From contig NZ_DAIUFV010000001.1 in NCBI RefSeq assembly GCF_036844445.1, forward strand, positions 244,727-308,726: DNA of 64,000 nucleotides, written 5' to 3'. The position numbers and the translations under genes were made by a program. The DNA comes from Sneathiella sp. GTDB taxonomy: Bacteria > Pseudomonadota > Alphaproteobacteria > Sneathiellales > Sneathiellaceae. The notes below the pieces were generated by a model. It was not told where the DNA came from and searched no databases. It worked only from the letters and a program-made list of their open reading frames with translations. Positions 35,206-43,713 of the stretch are shown piece by piece (the first letter of the stretch is position 1; each line of letters opens with the position of its first letter).

Positions 35206-36024
35206 ATGTTGACACAGGCAAAGGGCTGGGGCCCGGACGGCAAGCGCGCCGCCATCAGTATCACCTTTGACAACATGGGGGAGGCGTCGGAGCTGGAGCG
35301 CGGCCAGCCCCCCGTCATGGGGCCGAGCGGGAAGCATTCCTCGCTCGAAATTCTGCCCGATCTTCTCCGCATCCTCGACGGATCGAAAATCACCTATTTC
35401 GTCGAGGGGCTGAACTGCGAGATGTACCCGGATGTGATCCGGAGCGTTCAGGCGGCCGGCCATGAGATCGGCGTGCATGGCTGGCGGCATGAAAACTGGG
35501 GCACGACGGACGCGGCGCGGCGCGAGGATGCGCTCAAGCGCTCCGTCGCCGCCTTCCGAAGCCTCGGCGTTGACGTCAGGGGCTTCCGCCCGCCCGGCGG
35601 GAAAGTCGATGCGGCGGAGCTTCGCAAGGAGTGCCTCGCGGTCGGCCTCAACTTCGCCTCGCCGCTTGGCGATATCGGCGATGATACGAAGGACGCAGGC
35701 TTCACCTCTCTCCCGTTCGCGTGGCAGCATGTCGATGCCTATATGCTGCATCCCGGGCTGGGCGCGCTCCGTCAGATGTTCGGCGACCCCGAAGAGCCGA
35801 TCTCCTATGACGAGTGGGGCGGTGTTGTTGACGAGCTGATCCGGAAAGTCAAACGCGAAGGCGGCCACGCAACGCTTATTTTCCACCCCTCCATGCTGGT
35901 CCAGAGCGAGAGAGCCGTTGAGATATTTGCGCAATTCGTGAAAACTGTGCGCGAGGATGCGGACATCTGGGCGCCGACCTGCAGCGAACTTGTCGGCTGG
36001 CTATCTGAAAACGGGCATAGCTGA
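35206..36024 (+). CDS. Polysaccharide deacetylase (NodB-homology, CE4-like) family protein
   Basis: AISITFDNMGE (NodB motif 1, reading TFDN rather than TFDD) and GHEIGVHGWRHENW (HxxxH motif 2). Confidence 0.75.
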   Translation: MLTQAKGWGPDGKRAAISITFDNMGEASELERGQPPVMGPSGKHSSLEILPDLLRILDGSKITYFVEGLNCEMYPDVIRSVQAAGHEIGVHGWRHENWGTTDAARREDALKRSVAAFRSLGVDVRGFRPPGGKVDAAELRKECLAVGLNFASPLGDIGDDTKDAGFTSLPFAWQHVDAYMLHPGLGALRQMFGDPEEPISYDEWGGVVDELIRKVKREGGHATLIFHPSMLVQSERAVEIFAQFVKTVREDADIWAPTCSELVGWLSENGHS

Positions 36025-36160
36025 GCGTCACTTTCGGATCGCTTTCTGCGACCCGGCGTCGTATCCTGCGGGGCGCGGCGCCGGGTTTGTGCATTTTGAC
36101 CTCCACCCGGTCCCTCCGCGCGATGCAAAAAGCAAGAATAAGAATAGCAGGAGTTTTATC

Positions 36161-37714
36161 ATGACCGCTTCGCAGCCCTTGGCGTTGTCACAAGGTATTG
36201 TCATCAACGATCGTTTCACCTCCTTTCCCGATTTGGAGGAGCGCGTGAAGCGCCTCGCGGGCGGGCTTGCCGCGCTCGGCATCAAAGCCGGAGATTCGGT
36301 CGCGATCCTGCTTCGCAACGATACGCCCTTTCTTGAAGTCACCTACGGGGCGATGCTGCTCGGCGCGTATGCCGTGCCGATCAACTGGCATTTCCGCACC
36401 GATGAAGTGCTCTACATCCTTGAAGATTGCGGCGCGAAAGTGCTGGTCGCCCATAGTGACCTTCTGATGGGGCTGGACGCCGATCTGCCGACCGGGATCA
36501 CGGTGATCGAGGTTGATACCGCGGAAGATATCGTGGCGCGCGAGGTGACGATGGCGCGGCGGCGTGCACTGGAGCCGGCGACCCTTGACTATGCGGTCTG
36601 GGTTGACGCGCAAACGCCGTATGCCGGTCCGCCAAGCCCGCCGCCGCAAAGCATGATCTACACCTCCGGCACGACGGGACGGCCGAAAGGCGTCCGCCGC
36701 GATGTGCCGACGCCAGAACAGGTCGCAGCGGTCGCCCGTATGCGCTCGGAGCTTTACGGACTGACGCCCGGGCTTCGCGCCATGCTGGCGGGGCCGATGT
36801 ATCACTCGGCGCCGAACGCCTTTGCGGTGCGCGCCGGGCAGATTGCCGAGCTTTTCGTCATTGAGCCCTATTTCGATCCGGAGCGTTTCCTGCAGGTTGT
36901 GGAGGCGCACCGGATCGATACGACCTTCATGGTGCCGACAATGTTCATCCGGCTGCTCCGCCTTCCCGAAGAGGTGCGCGCGCGGTATGACGTCTCGTCG
37001 CTTCGCCATGTGGTGCACGCCGGATCACCCTGTCCTGTCGACGTCAAGAAGGCGATGATCGACTGGCTGGGCCCGATCATCTGCGAATATTACGGCGGGA
37101 CGGAGTCGGGGGCGGTGACCTTTATCACCAGCCCGGAATCGCTGCGCAAGCCCGGCTCGGTCGGGAAGGCCTTCGGCAATACGATCCTTCGCATCTATGA
37201 TGATGCGGGCAATGTGCTGCCGGCCGGCGAGATTGGCCATATCTATATGCGGATGCTGGATAATCCCGATTTCACCTATCACAACGCGCCGGAGAAACGG
37301 GACGAGATCGGCCGCGACGAGCTGATCACCTGCGGCGACATGGGCTATCTTGATGAGGATGGCTATCTTTATATCTCTGATCGCAAGAACGACATGGTCA
37401 TCTCGGGCGGCGTCAATATCTATCCCGCCGAAATCGAGTCAGTGCTGATCCAGCTTCCGGGCGTCAAGGATTGCGCTGTCTTCGGCATTCCGCATCCCGA
37501 ATTCGGTGAAAGCCTGATTGCGTTTGTCGAGCCGTTGGACGGGATGGAGCTGGATATTGCGGCGCTGCGTCAGCAGATGGCGGAGAAGCTGGCGGGGTAT
37601 AAAATCCCGCGGCAGATCGAAATCCGCCACGACCTGCCGCGCGAGGACAGCGGCAAGATCTTCAAGAAACATCTCCGCGCGCCCTATTGGGAGGGGGCGG
37701 GGCGGACGATCTGA
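36161..37714 (+). CDS. AMP-dependent acyl-CoA synthetase/ligase
   Basis: MIYTSGTTGRPKGV, YYGGTESG, ITCGDMGYLDEDGYLYISDRKNDMVISGG and GKIFKKHLR. ATG 36161 follows a gcaggag RBS. The ORF-track start at 35957 overlaps the preceding gene. Confidence 0.92.
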   Translation: MTASQPLALSQGIVINDRFTSFPDLEERVKRLAGGLAALGIKAGDSVAILLRNDTPFLEVTYGAMLLGAYAVPINWHFRTDEVLYILEDCGAKVLVAHSDLLMGLDADLPTGITVIEVDTAEDIVAREVTMARRRALEPATLDYAVWVDAQTPYAGPPSPPPQSMIYTSGTTGRPKGVRRDVPTPEQVAAVARMRSELYGLTPGLRAMLAGPMYHSAPNAFAVRAGQIAELFVIEPYFDPERFLQVVEAHRIDTTFMVPTMFIRLLRLPEEVRARYDVSSLRHVVHAGSPCPVDVKKAMIDWLGPIICEYYGGTESGAVTFITSPESLRKPGSVGKAFGNTILRIYDDAGNVLPAGEIGHIYMRMLDNPDFTYHNAPEKRDEIGRDELITCGDMGYLDEDGYLYISDRKNDMVISGGVNIYPAEIESVLIQLPGVKDCAVFGIPHPEFGESLIAFVEPLDGMELDIAALRQQMAEKLAGYKIPRQIEIRHDLPREDSGKIFKKHLRAPYWEGAGRTI

Positions 37715-37732
37715 GCGGCTCGCGAAATAAGA

Positions 37733-37762
37733 CAAAAAAGCCCGGCATATGCCGGGCTTTTC
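37733..37762. terminator. Bidirectional rho-independent terminator
   Basis: AAAAAAGCCCGGCATATGCCGGGCTTTT: a perfect GC-rich hairpin flanked by an A-run and a T-run, between convergent genes. Confidence 0.85.
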
Positions 37763-37791
37763 ATTTCACGGCGTCTCGTCAATGAGGCGCG

Positions 37792-38991
37792 TTACTTTTT
37801 CGCCTGAAGCGTGATCTTATTCTCCAGCAGGCTGTCGATTTCCGCCTGGCTGAAGCCGGCTTCGCGGAGGATGTCGACGCTTTCCTGACCGAGATGCGGG
37901 GGCACCTTGCGGATCGAGGATGGCGTTTCGGAGAAGCGGATCGGCGGATCCATCATGCGAAGCGTTCCCTCCGTCGGATGTTCCACCAGTTTCCAGAAGC
38001 CGGAGGCGTTGAGCTGCTCGTCATTGAGCAGCATTTCCTTCGACATAACGGTCTGGACGGGGATATTCTTCTCATCGAGGATCTCCTGCCACTCGGCGCA
38101 GGAGCGGGTCGCGATGATGTCGGCAAGGGTGCCATAGACCTCTTCCGAATGGGTGATCCGGGCCGCAAAGGTCTTGAAAATCGGATCTTCCTTCAGCTCT
38201 GGCCGGCCAGCGATATCGAAGAGATCAAACCAGTTGCGATCGGTATAGGGCAGCACGGCAAGATAGCCGTCGGTCGTTTTGTAGGGCTTGCGCATGGTAT
38301 TGAGCAACCGCTCATAACCCATCTGGGCGATCGGCGGTTCAAACGCGGCGCCGTAGAGATGCTCGACCATGACGAAATCGACGAGCGCTTCAAACATCGG
38401 AACTTCAATCGCCTGTCCCTTGCCGCCGCGCTCGCGGTTGACGAGGGCGGCAAGAACCGCCATCACGAGGTTATAGGAGGAGGTCTTGTCAGCCATGATC
38501 GTCGGCACGTAGCGCGGCTGGTCCGAGGCGATGGTCATGAGATCGGTAACGCCCGACGCGGCCTGGATAATATCGTCATAGGCCGGCTTGTCGGCGAGCG
38601 GTCCCTCGGCGCGAAAGCCATAGGCGGCGCAGTAAATGAGGTTCGGGAAGCGGTCCTTGAAATTCTCATAGCCAAGGCCGAGCTTGCTGCAAACTTTCGG
38701 CCGCAGGTTATGGACGAACACGTCGGCCGTTTCGATCACCCGAAACAGCGCTTCTTTCCCCTCCGGCTTCGTCAGGTCGAGAACGATGCTGCGCTTGTTG
38801 CGGTTAGTCGCGAGAAAAAGCGAGCCCATGTTGGGATTGCGTTTCGGGCCGGACTGCCGCGTCGTATCGCCCTGCGGCGTTTCCACCTTGATGATATCGG
38901 CGCCCATATCGCCAAGGATCTGGGTTGCCCATGGACCCATAATGACCGTCGTCAATTCCACCACGCGAATGCCGTCTAACGTGCCTGCCAT
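37792..38991 (-). CDS. Class III CoA-transferase (CaiB/BaiF/Frc family)
   Basis: GIRVVELTTVIMGPWATQILGDMGADIIKVETP N-terminal signature. 399 aa. Confidence 0.9.
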   Translation of the reverse strand: MAGTLDGIRVVELTTVIMGPWATQILGDMGADIIKVETPQGDTTRQSGPKRNPNMGSLFLATNRNKRSIVLDLTKPEGKEALFRVIETADVFVHNLRPKVCSKLGLGYENFKDRFPNLIYCAAYGFRAEGPLADKPAYDDIIQAASGVTDLMTIASDQPRYVPTIMADKTSSYNLVMAVLAALVNRERGGKGQAIEVPMFEALVDFVMVEHLYGAAFEPPIAQMGYERLLNTMRKPYKTTDGYLAVLPYTDRNWFDLFDIAGRPELKEDPIFKTFAARITHSEEVYGTLADIIATRSCAEWQEILDEKNIPVQTVMSKEMLLNDEQLNASGFWKLVEHPTEGTLRMMDPPIRFSETPSSIRKVPPHLGQESVDILREAGFSQAEIDSLLENKITLQAKK

Positions 38992-39012
38992 TTTTATTTC
39001 CTGTTCATTAGG

Positions 39013-39318
39013 TTACTTAGAGATCATTGCCGTCGCGGCGGCGCTGAAGTTGTCAATTCGTCCGCCGTCTGAAAATTTTCCGCCAAGAAGCCGAGTGGAT
39101 TCCGGAGCGGCATTGATTACGAGCGTTGCATTTTTATCCTTGTTTTTAACTATCGCTCTTTCGTTCTTAACGCCCGGGCGACGCCGTCCTGCCAACCGGT
39201 GCAAGGCGCAGCGGTCGCTCACCTTGCCGGATATTTCGCGGCGTCGTCCCATGCTAACTGTGTAGCGGATCAAAACGGGACTTTCAACTTTATCGAGGAC
39301 GGCGGGATGAAAATTCAT
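39013..39318 (-). CDS. Hypothetical small protein (101 aa), compositionally atypical
   Basis: Open frame filling the gap between the ACAD and CoA-transferase genes on the same strand. No recognisable motif. By eye, third-position GC is lower than in the neighbouring genes. Confidence 0.3.
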   Translation of the reverse strand: MNFHPAVLDKVESPVLIRYTVSMGRRREISGKVSDRCALHRLAGRRRPGVKNERAIVKNKDKNATLVINAAPESTRLLGGKFSDGGRIDNFSAAATAMISK

Positions 39319-39337
39319 CGTGCGGCAATCCGACCCC

Positions 39338-40495
39338 TCAGCGTTTGCCCGGCAGGATCCCCATCTCCTTGCAGATGACCTGCAGCATCACCTCGTTGGC
39401 GCCGCCGCCGACGGCCGTCTGGCGCGCCTCGCGATAGATGCGGGTGATGAAATTGTCGTTCATGAAGCCCTGGCCGCCCCAGAACTGCGTCAGCTCGACA
39501 GGGATTTCCATCGACAGCCGGCCGATGAGATATTTCGCCATGCTGGCGAGCTTGGTGACATTCTCGCCTGCGACATACTTCTCGGTCGCCTGATAGAGCA
39601 GGGCGCGGACAGATTCGATCTTCGCCTGGAACTCGGCGATCTTGAAGTGGATGACCTGATTGTCGAGCAGCGGCTTGCCAAAGGCGACGCGCTGCGAGAG
39701 GTACTCGACCGTCTCCTCGATCGCGAGCTCCAGAAAGCGGATGGAGCGGGCGACGACGAACAGCCGCTCCTCCTGGAACTGCTCCATCTGATAGATGAAG
39801 CCCTTGCCTTCCTCGCCGATCAGGTTGCGCTGTGGCACCCGCACGTCATCGAAGAAGAGAAGGGCGGTGTCGGAGGATTTGTAGCCCACTTTGTCGAGCT
39901 TCTTGCCAACCGAGACGCCCTTCGCCTTCAGGGGCACGATGATCAGCGACTTGTTGCGATGCGGACCGTTCTCGGTCGAGGTATTGCAAAGCAGGCAGAT
40001 CCAGTCACCCTGCACACCATTGGTGATCCACATTTTCGAGCCGTTGATCACATAATCATCGCCGTCTTTGCGGGCGGTCGTCTTCAGATTGGCAACGTCT
40101 GAGCCTGCGCCGGCCTCGCTCACCCCAATGCAGCCGACGAGATCGCCTGCGATGGTGGGGGCGAGATATTCGCGCTTCAACTCTTCCGAGCCGTAGTTGG
40201 TGAGCGCCGGGGTGCACATATTGGTCTGGACGCCGATGGCGGAGCATATGCCCATGGTGCGGAGATTGCCAAGCTCTTCAGCGAAGGCGACCTCAAAGGA
40301 AAAGTCGAGCGCCGATCCGCCATATTCCACCGGCTTGCCGATGCCGAGCAGGCCCGCATCGCCGAGCCGCTTCATCACCTGATGGGCGGGGAAAATGCCT
40401 TCTTCCTCCCACTGGTCGATATGCGGGTTGATATGTTCATCGACAATCCGCCGGGTGACGCGACGGATTTCATCATGCTCATGGGTCCAGATCAT
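39338..40495 (-). CDS. Acyl-CoA dehydrogenase
   Basis: 385 aa with ACAD layout: EEGIFPAHQVMKRLGDAGLLG, GVSEAGAGSDVANLKTTA, KMWITNG and a C-terminal QVICKEMG-type helix. Confidence 0.9.
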   Translation of the reverse strand: MIWTHEHDEIRRVTRRIVDEHINPHIDQWEEEGIFPAHQVMKRLGDAGLLGIGKPVEYGGSALDFSFEVAFAEELGNLRTMGICSAIGVQTNMCTPALTNYGSEELKREYLAPTIAGDLVGCIGVSEAGAGSDVANLKTTARKDGDDYVINGSKMWITNGVQGDWICLLCNTSTENGPHRNKSLIIVPLKAKGVSVGKKLDKVGYKSSDTALLFFDDVRVPQRNLIGEEGKGFIYQMEQFQEERLFVVARSIRFLELAIEETVEYLSQRVAFGKPLLDNQVIHFKIAEFQAKIESVRALLYQATEKYVAGENVTKLASMAKYLIGRLSMEIPVELTQFWGGQGFMNDNFITRIYREARQTAVGGGANEVMLQVICKEMGILPGKR

Positions 40496-40539
40496 TTTTA
40501 TTGCCTTTATATTGGACGGATGGGTGTCGAGGGCGGGGG

Positions 40540-40908
40540 TTATATCTCCAGCCAGCCCTGGATCACCACATCGTCATTCTGGGTTTTGACATAGACGTCA
40601 TAGCGGTTCGGGTTGTCGGCCGACTGTTCGCCGCCCGCCGTCACGATATCCCCGTTGCGAACCGGCTTGGAGAAGCGCACATTCATCTTTGCGCCCGCGA
40701 CGGCCTCTTTCCCGAGCGTACGCGTCGCCGACTGCCAGATCAGCGAGAGCGACATCGTGCCATGCGCGATCACATCGCCGAACGGGGTCTTTTTCGCAAA
40801 CTCCGGATCGACATGGATCGGGTTGAAGTCGTCGGTGATCTTTGCGTATTTCTGGATCGCCTCAGGGTCGACCTTGAGGCTGGCTTCCACAAGTTTCTGC
40901 ATCCTCAT
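40540..40908 (-). CDS. MaoC-like hotdog-fold dehydratase subunit
   Basis: YAKITDDFNPIHVDPEFAKKTPFGDVIAHGTM is the canonical MaoC hydratase motif. 122 aa. Confidence 0.85.
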   Translation of the reverse strand: MRMQKLVEASLKVDPEAIQKYAKITDDFNPIHVDPEFAKKTPFGDVIAHGTMSLSLIWQSATRTLGKEAVAGAKMNVRFSKPVRNGDIVTAGGEQSADNPNRYDVYVKTQNDDVVIQGWLEI

Positions 40909-41291
40909 CCTCCCCAGATGATGCCCATCAGGCCGGTGAACAGCAGATTGCCGTTCTGGTCCTTCGAGCGGGTTTCAAAATGGACCCAGTTATTGTTTTT
41001 CCGCGTCTCTTTCGCCCGGCAGATCGTCGTCGTGATGATATCATCGCCGAGTTTGGGGAGCCGGTGCACGGTAAATTCCTGCGTGCCGTGGATATTGCCC
41101 TTCGGGCGCGGCTGCACGGTCGCAAGAAAAGCGCGCATGGTGATGGCCGAGATCAGGCTCGGCGGCAGATCAGGCAGCAGCTCCCTGTCACCCGGGAAGA
41201 GATCGAGGAAGTCGGCTGCGGTCTCTTCGTTGAAGGGCTGGACATTCTCGCCGATGGTCTGGTCCGGCTGTAAGGCATCGAATGTGTACAT
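40905..41291 (-). CDS. Hotdog-fold partner subunit (MaoC N-terminal-like)
   Basis: 128 aa, with a 4-nt overlap onto the MaoC-like gene. It lacks the DxxNPxH motif. The arrangement matches heteromeric ChsH1/ChsH2-type hydratases. Confidence 0.6.
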   Translation of the reverse strand: MYTFDALQPDQTIGENVQPFNEETAADFLDLFPGDRELLPDLPPSLISAITMRAFLATVQPRPKGNIHGTQEFTVHRLPKLGDDIITTTICRAKETRKNNNWVHFETRSKDQNGNLLFTGLMGIIWGG

Positions 41292-41296
41292 GGGGC

Positions 41297-41701
41297 TTAC
41301 TTTCCAACCGCCTTCGCCTGCGGGATTTTCTGATCGCCCCGCTGTTCATAGACAAGCTCGATCTCCATGCCGAAGCGCACGTCTTCGGGCGCGCAGCCGA
41401 TGACATTCATCATCGCGCGCACGCCTTCTTCAAGATCGATGAGGGCGAGCACATAGGGCAGATCCTCCTTGAAGGCCGGGCTTGGCGCATGGTTGACGAC
41501 GGTGAAGGTCTTGACCTTGCCGCGGCCGCTCGCCTCGCGCCATTTAAGATCGTGGCTGTTGCAATGCTTGCAGAGCGCGCGGGGGTAGAACTGCGTCTTG
41601 CCGCAGGCGTTGCATTCCTGGATAAGGAATCTTTCCTCATTGCAGGCTTCCCAGAAGGGCGCGGTGTCGGGGTTTGCGACCGGAACCGGTTTCATTGTCA
41701 T
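41297..41701 (-). CDS. DUF35 OB-fold/zinc-ribbon protein (thiolase-associated)
   Basis: CNACGKTQFYPRALCKHCNS four-Cys zinc ribbon followed by an OB-fold region. The start codon lies 1 nt after the thiolase-like stop. The ORF-track extension to 41848 is rejected. Confidence 0.85.
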   Translation of the reverse strand: MTMKPVPVANPDTAPFWEACNEERFLIQECNACGKTQFYPRALCKHCNSHDLKWREASGRGKVKTFTVVNHAPSPAFKEDLPYVLALIDLEEGVRAMMNVIGCAPEDVRFGMEIELVYEQRGDQKIPQAKAVGK

Positions 41702-41702
41702 A

Positions 41703-42854
41703 TCAATTCCTCCCGAGAACGATGGAGCAGTGGGCGGAGAGAATGCCGCCGTCGCCATGCACAAAGGCGACCTCGCAGTCTTCAACCTGCCGGTTTTCCG
41801 CTTCGCGCCGCAGCTGGCGCACGGCCTCGACCACATGGAACATGCCACCGGCGGCGCCCGAATGGGCGTAGCTCATGAGGCCGCCGTGGGTGTTGCAGGG
41901 CAGCTTGCCGCCGAGCTTCAGCGCGCCCGCGAGGCAGGCCGGGCCGGCTTCGCCGCGCTCGAAAAAGCCGATCGATTCAAGCTCGACCAGCAGCGTGATG
42001 GTGAAGCTGTCATAGATCTCCGCGACATCGACATCCTTCGCCGTGATGCCGGCGCGCTCGAACGCCATTTTCGCCGCGCTCTTGCAGCCGAAATCGACGA
42101 GCGAGGGGGCTGCCATGATATGCTCATGCGTATGGCCCTGGCCTGTGCCCATGATCTCGATCGCCTTCTTCGGGCGATCTTTCGCGGCATCGGCCGCGCT
42201 CACCACGATGGCCGCGCCGCCGTCGGAGATGAGGCAGCAGTCGAGCACATGCAGCGGCGAGGCGATGATGCGGCTGTTCAGCACGTCATCGATGGTGATC
42301 GGCTTCTTCATATGCGCCTTGCTGTTCATGCTGGCGTATTCGCGGGCGGTGACGGAGATGGACGCGAGATGCTCCGACGTCACGCCATATTCATGCATGT
42401 AGTTCTGGGCGACCAGCGCATAGGCGGCGGGAACGGACATGCCGTAGGGGTGCTCGAACTGGCCATGGCCCACTTTCGCGAGCGTCGCGACGGCGCCGCC
42501 CTTCGGCATGCCGGTCATGCGGTTGTCGCCGGTGACGACGAGCACATGCTTGCAGATCCCGGCCTCGACCAGCGCGGCGGCCTGCATGACCATGACGCAG
42601 GCGGTGGCGCCGCCAACCTCGATGGCGGCGTTGAACTTGGGCTGGATATTCATGTATTCGCAGAACACCGAGCTCAGCATCAGATGCGGTTCGGTGAAGG
42701 AATAGGCGCAGAGGACACCGTCAATGTCGGCCTTGGTGAGGCCCGCATCGGCAAGGGCGCCAAGCGCCGCTTCGGCATGCAGGCCCATACAGCTGCTGCC
42801 GGGAAGGGCGCCGACATCGGTGTCGTAGACGCCCGTAATCATTGCTTTTTTCAT
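41703..42854 (-). CDS. Thiolase-superfamily protein, SCP-x/Ltp2/BbsB-like
   Basis: 383 aa with thiolase-like N- and C-terminal halves (CNTHGGLMSYAHSGAAGG, VHGDGGIL). Always paired with DUF35 in bbs/igr-type operons. Confidence 0.85.
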   Translation of the reverse strand: MKKAMITGVYDTDVGALPGSSCMGLHAEAALGALADAGLTKADIDGVLCAYSFTEPHLMLSSVFCEYMNIQPKFNAAIEVGGATACVMVMQAAALVEAGICKHVLVVTGDNRMTGMPKGGAVATLAKVGHGQFEHPYGMSVPAAYALVAQNYMHEYGVTSEHLASISVTAREYASMNSKAHMKKPITIDDVLNSRIIASPLHVLDCCLISDGGAAIVVSAADAAKDRPKKAIEIMGTGQGHTHEHIMAAPSLVDFGCKSAAKMAFERAGITAKDVDVAEIYDSFTITLLVELESIGFFERGEAGPACLAGALKLGGKLPCNTHGGLMSYAHSGAAGGMFHVVEAVRQLRREAENRQVEDCEVAFVHGDGGILSAHCSIVLGRN

Positions 42855-42867
42855 ATTGTCGAGACCT

Positions 42868-43680
42868 TTACTTTATTTTTTCATTGTCCCAGTTGAAGCG
42901 AAGCGGCTTCTTGCCGAGGAAGCGGGCGACGGCGTCGCGGTGATACTCGGATTCCATGCACATCGCCTGCGCATAGTTTTCCATCTCCGAGAGCGCCCGC
43001 TGATCGAGTTCAAAGGCTTTGTTGAGGATCGTCTTCGACATGCCGATTGCATCGCGCGAGGCATTGCGGAACTGGCCGGCGAAAGTCAGCGCATGCTCAA
43101 GCAGCTTGTCGCCCGCAATGATATCGCGGATCATGCCAAGGGATTTCGCCTCTTCCGGCTCAACCGTGCGCGCGGTGAAGATGATGTCTTTTGCCGCCGC
43201 CATGCCGACAAGACGGGGCAGGGTGTAGAAACCGCCAAGGTCGGGAACGAGGCCGATCCGTCCGAACACCGCGCAGAAGCGGGCGCGCGGCGAGGCAAAG
43301 ATGAAATCGGCGGCAAGGGCGAGGTTGAAGCCCGCGCCAAAGGCCGGGCCATCGACGGCGGCAATGACCGGGAGCTCGAGATCGACCAGTTCGCGGAACC
43401 ACAGATGCAGATCCTGAACGCGGGTGCGGTTCTCGGTAATGGGACGGCGGTTCTCGCTCAGCGACTTGAGGTCGCCGCCGGCGCAGAACGCGCCATTTGC
43501 CCCCGTCAGGACGAGCGCCGCAAGATCCTTGTCATGGCGGATTTCGAGGATAATCTCCGTCAGATCCGCCCGCATCTGCAGGTTCAGCGCATTGCGGGCA
43601 TCCGGGCGGTCGAGGGTGATCAGGCCGACCCGGTCGATGATCTGGTAGCTCAATGTTTCCAGTTTTCTTATTTCACTCAT
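42868..43680 (-). CDS. Crotonase-fold enoyl-CoA hydratase/isomerase
   Basis: ITLDRPDARNAL, FCAGGDL, AAVDGPAFGAGFNLALAADF and FGRIGLVPDLGG. The last motif is more reminiscent of PaaG/isomerase-type members than of canonical FGLPE hydratases. Confidence 0.88.
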   Translation of the reverse strand: MSEIRKLETLSYQIIDRVGLITLDRPDARNALNLQMRADLTEIILEIRHDKDLAALVLTGANGAFCAGGDLKSLSENRRPITENRTRVQDLHLWFRELVDLELPVIAAVDGPAFGAGFNLALAADFIFASPRARFCAVFGRIGLVPDLGGFYTLPRLVGMAAAKDIIFTARTVEPEEAKSLGMIRDIIAGDKLLEHALTFAGQFRNASRDAIGMSKTILNKAFELDQRALSEMENYAQAMCMESEYHRDAVARFLGKKPLRFNWDNEKIK

Positions 43681-43713
43681 TGTATCTGGCTCCCTGTCTG
43701 CCTTAAGGCATTG

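Noticed and set aside
39013-39318. Assigning the small basic ORF to the PilZ (c-di-GMP binding) family because of its RRR stretches.
   Set aside because: The RxxxR and (D/N)xSxxG motifs are not present in the required spacing. It is kept only as a hypothetical ORF.
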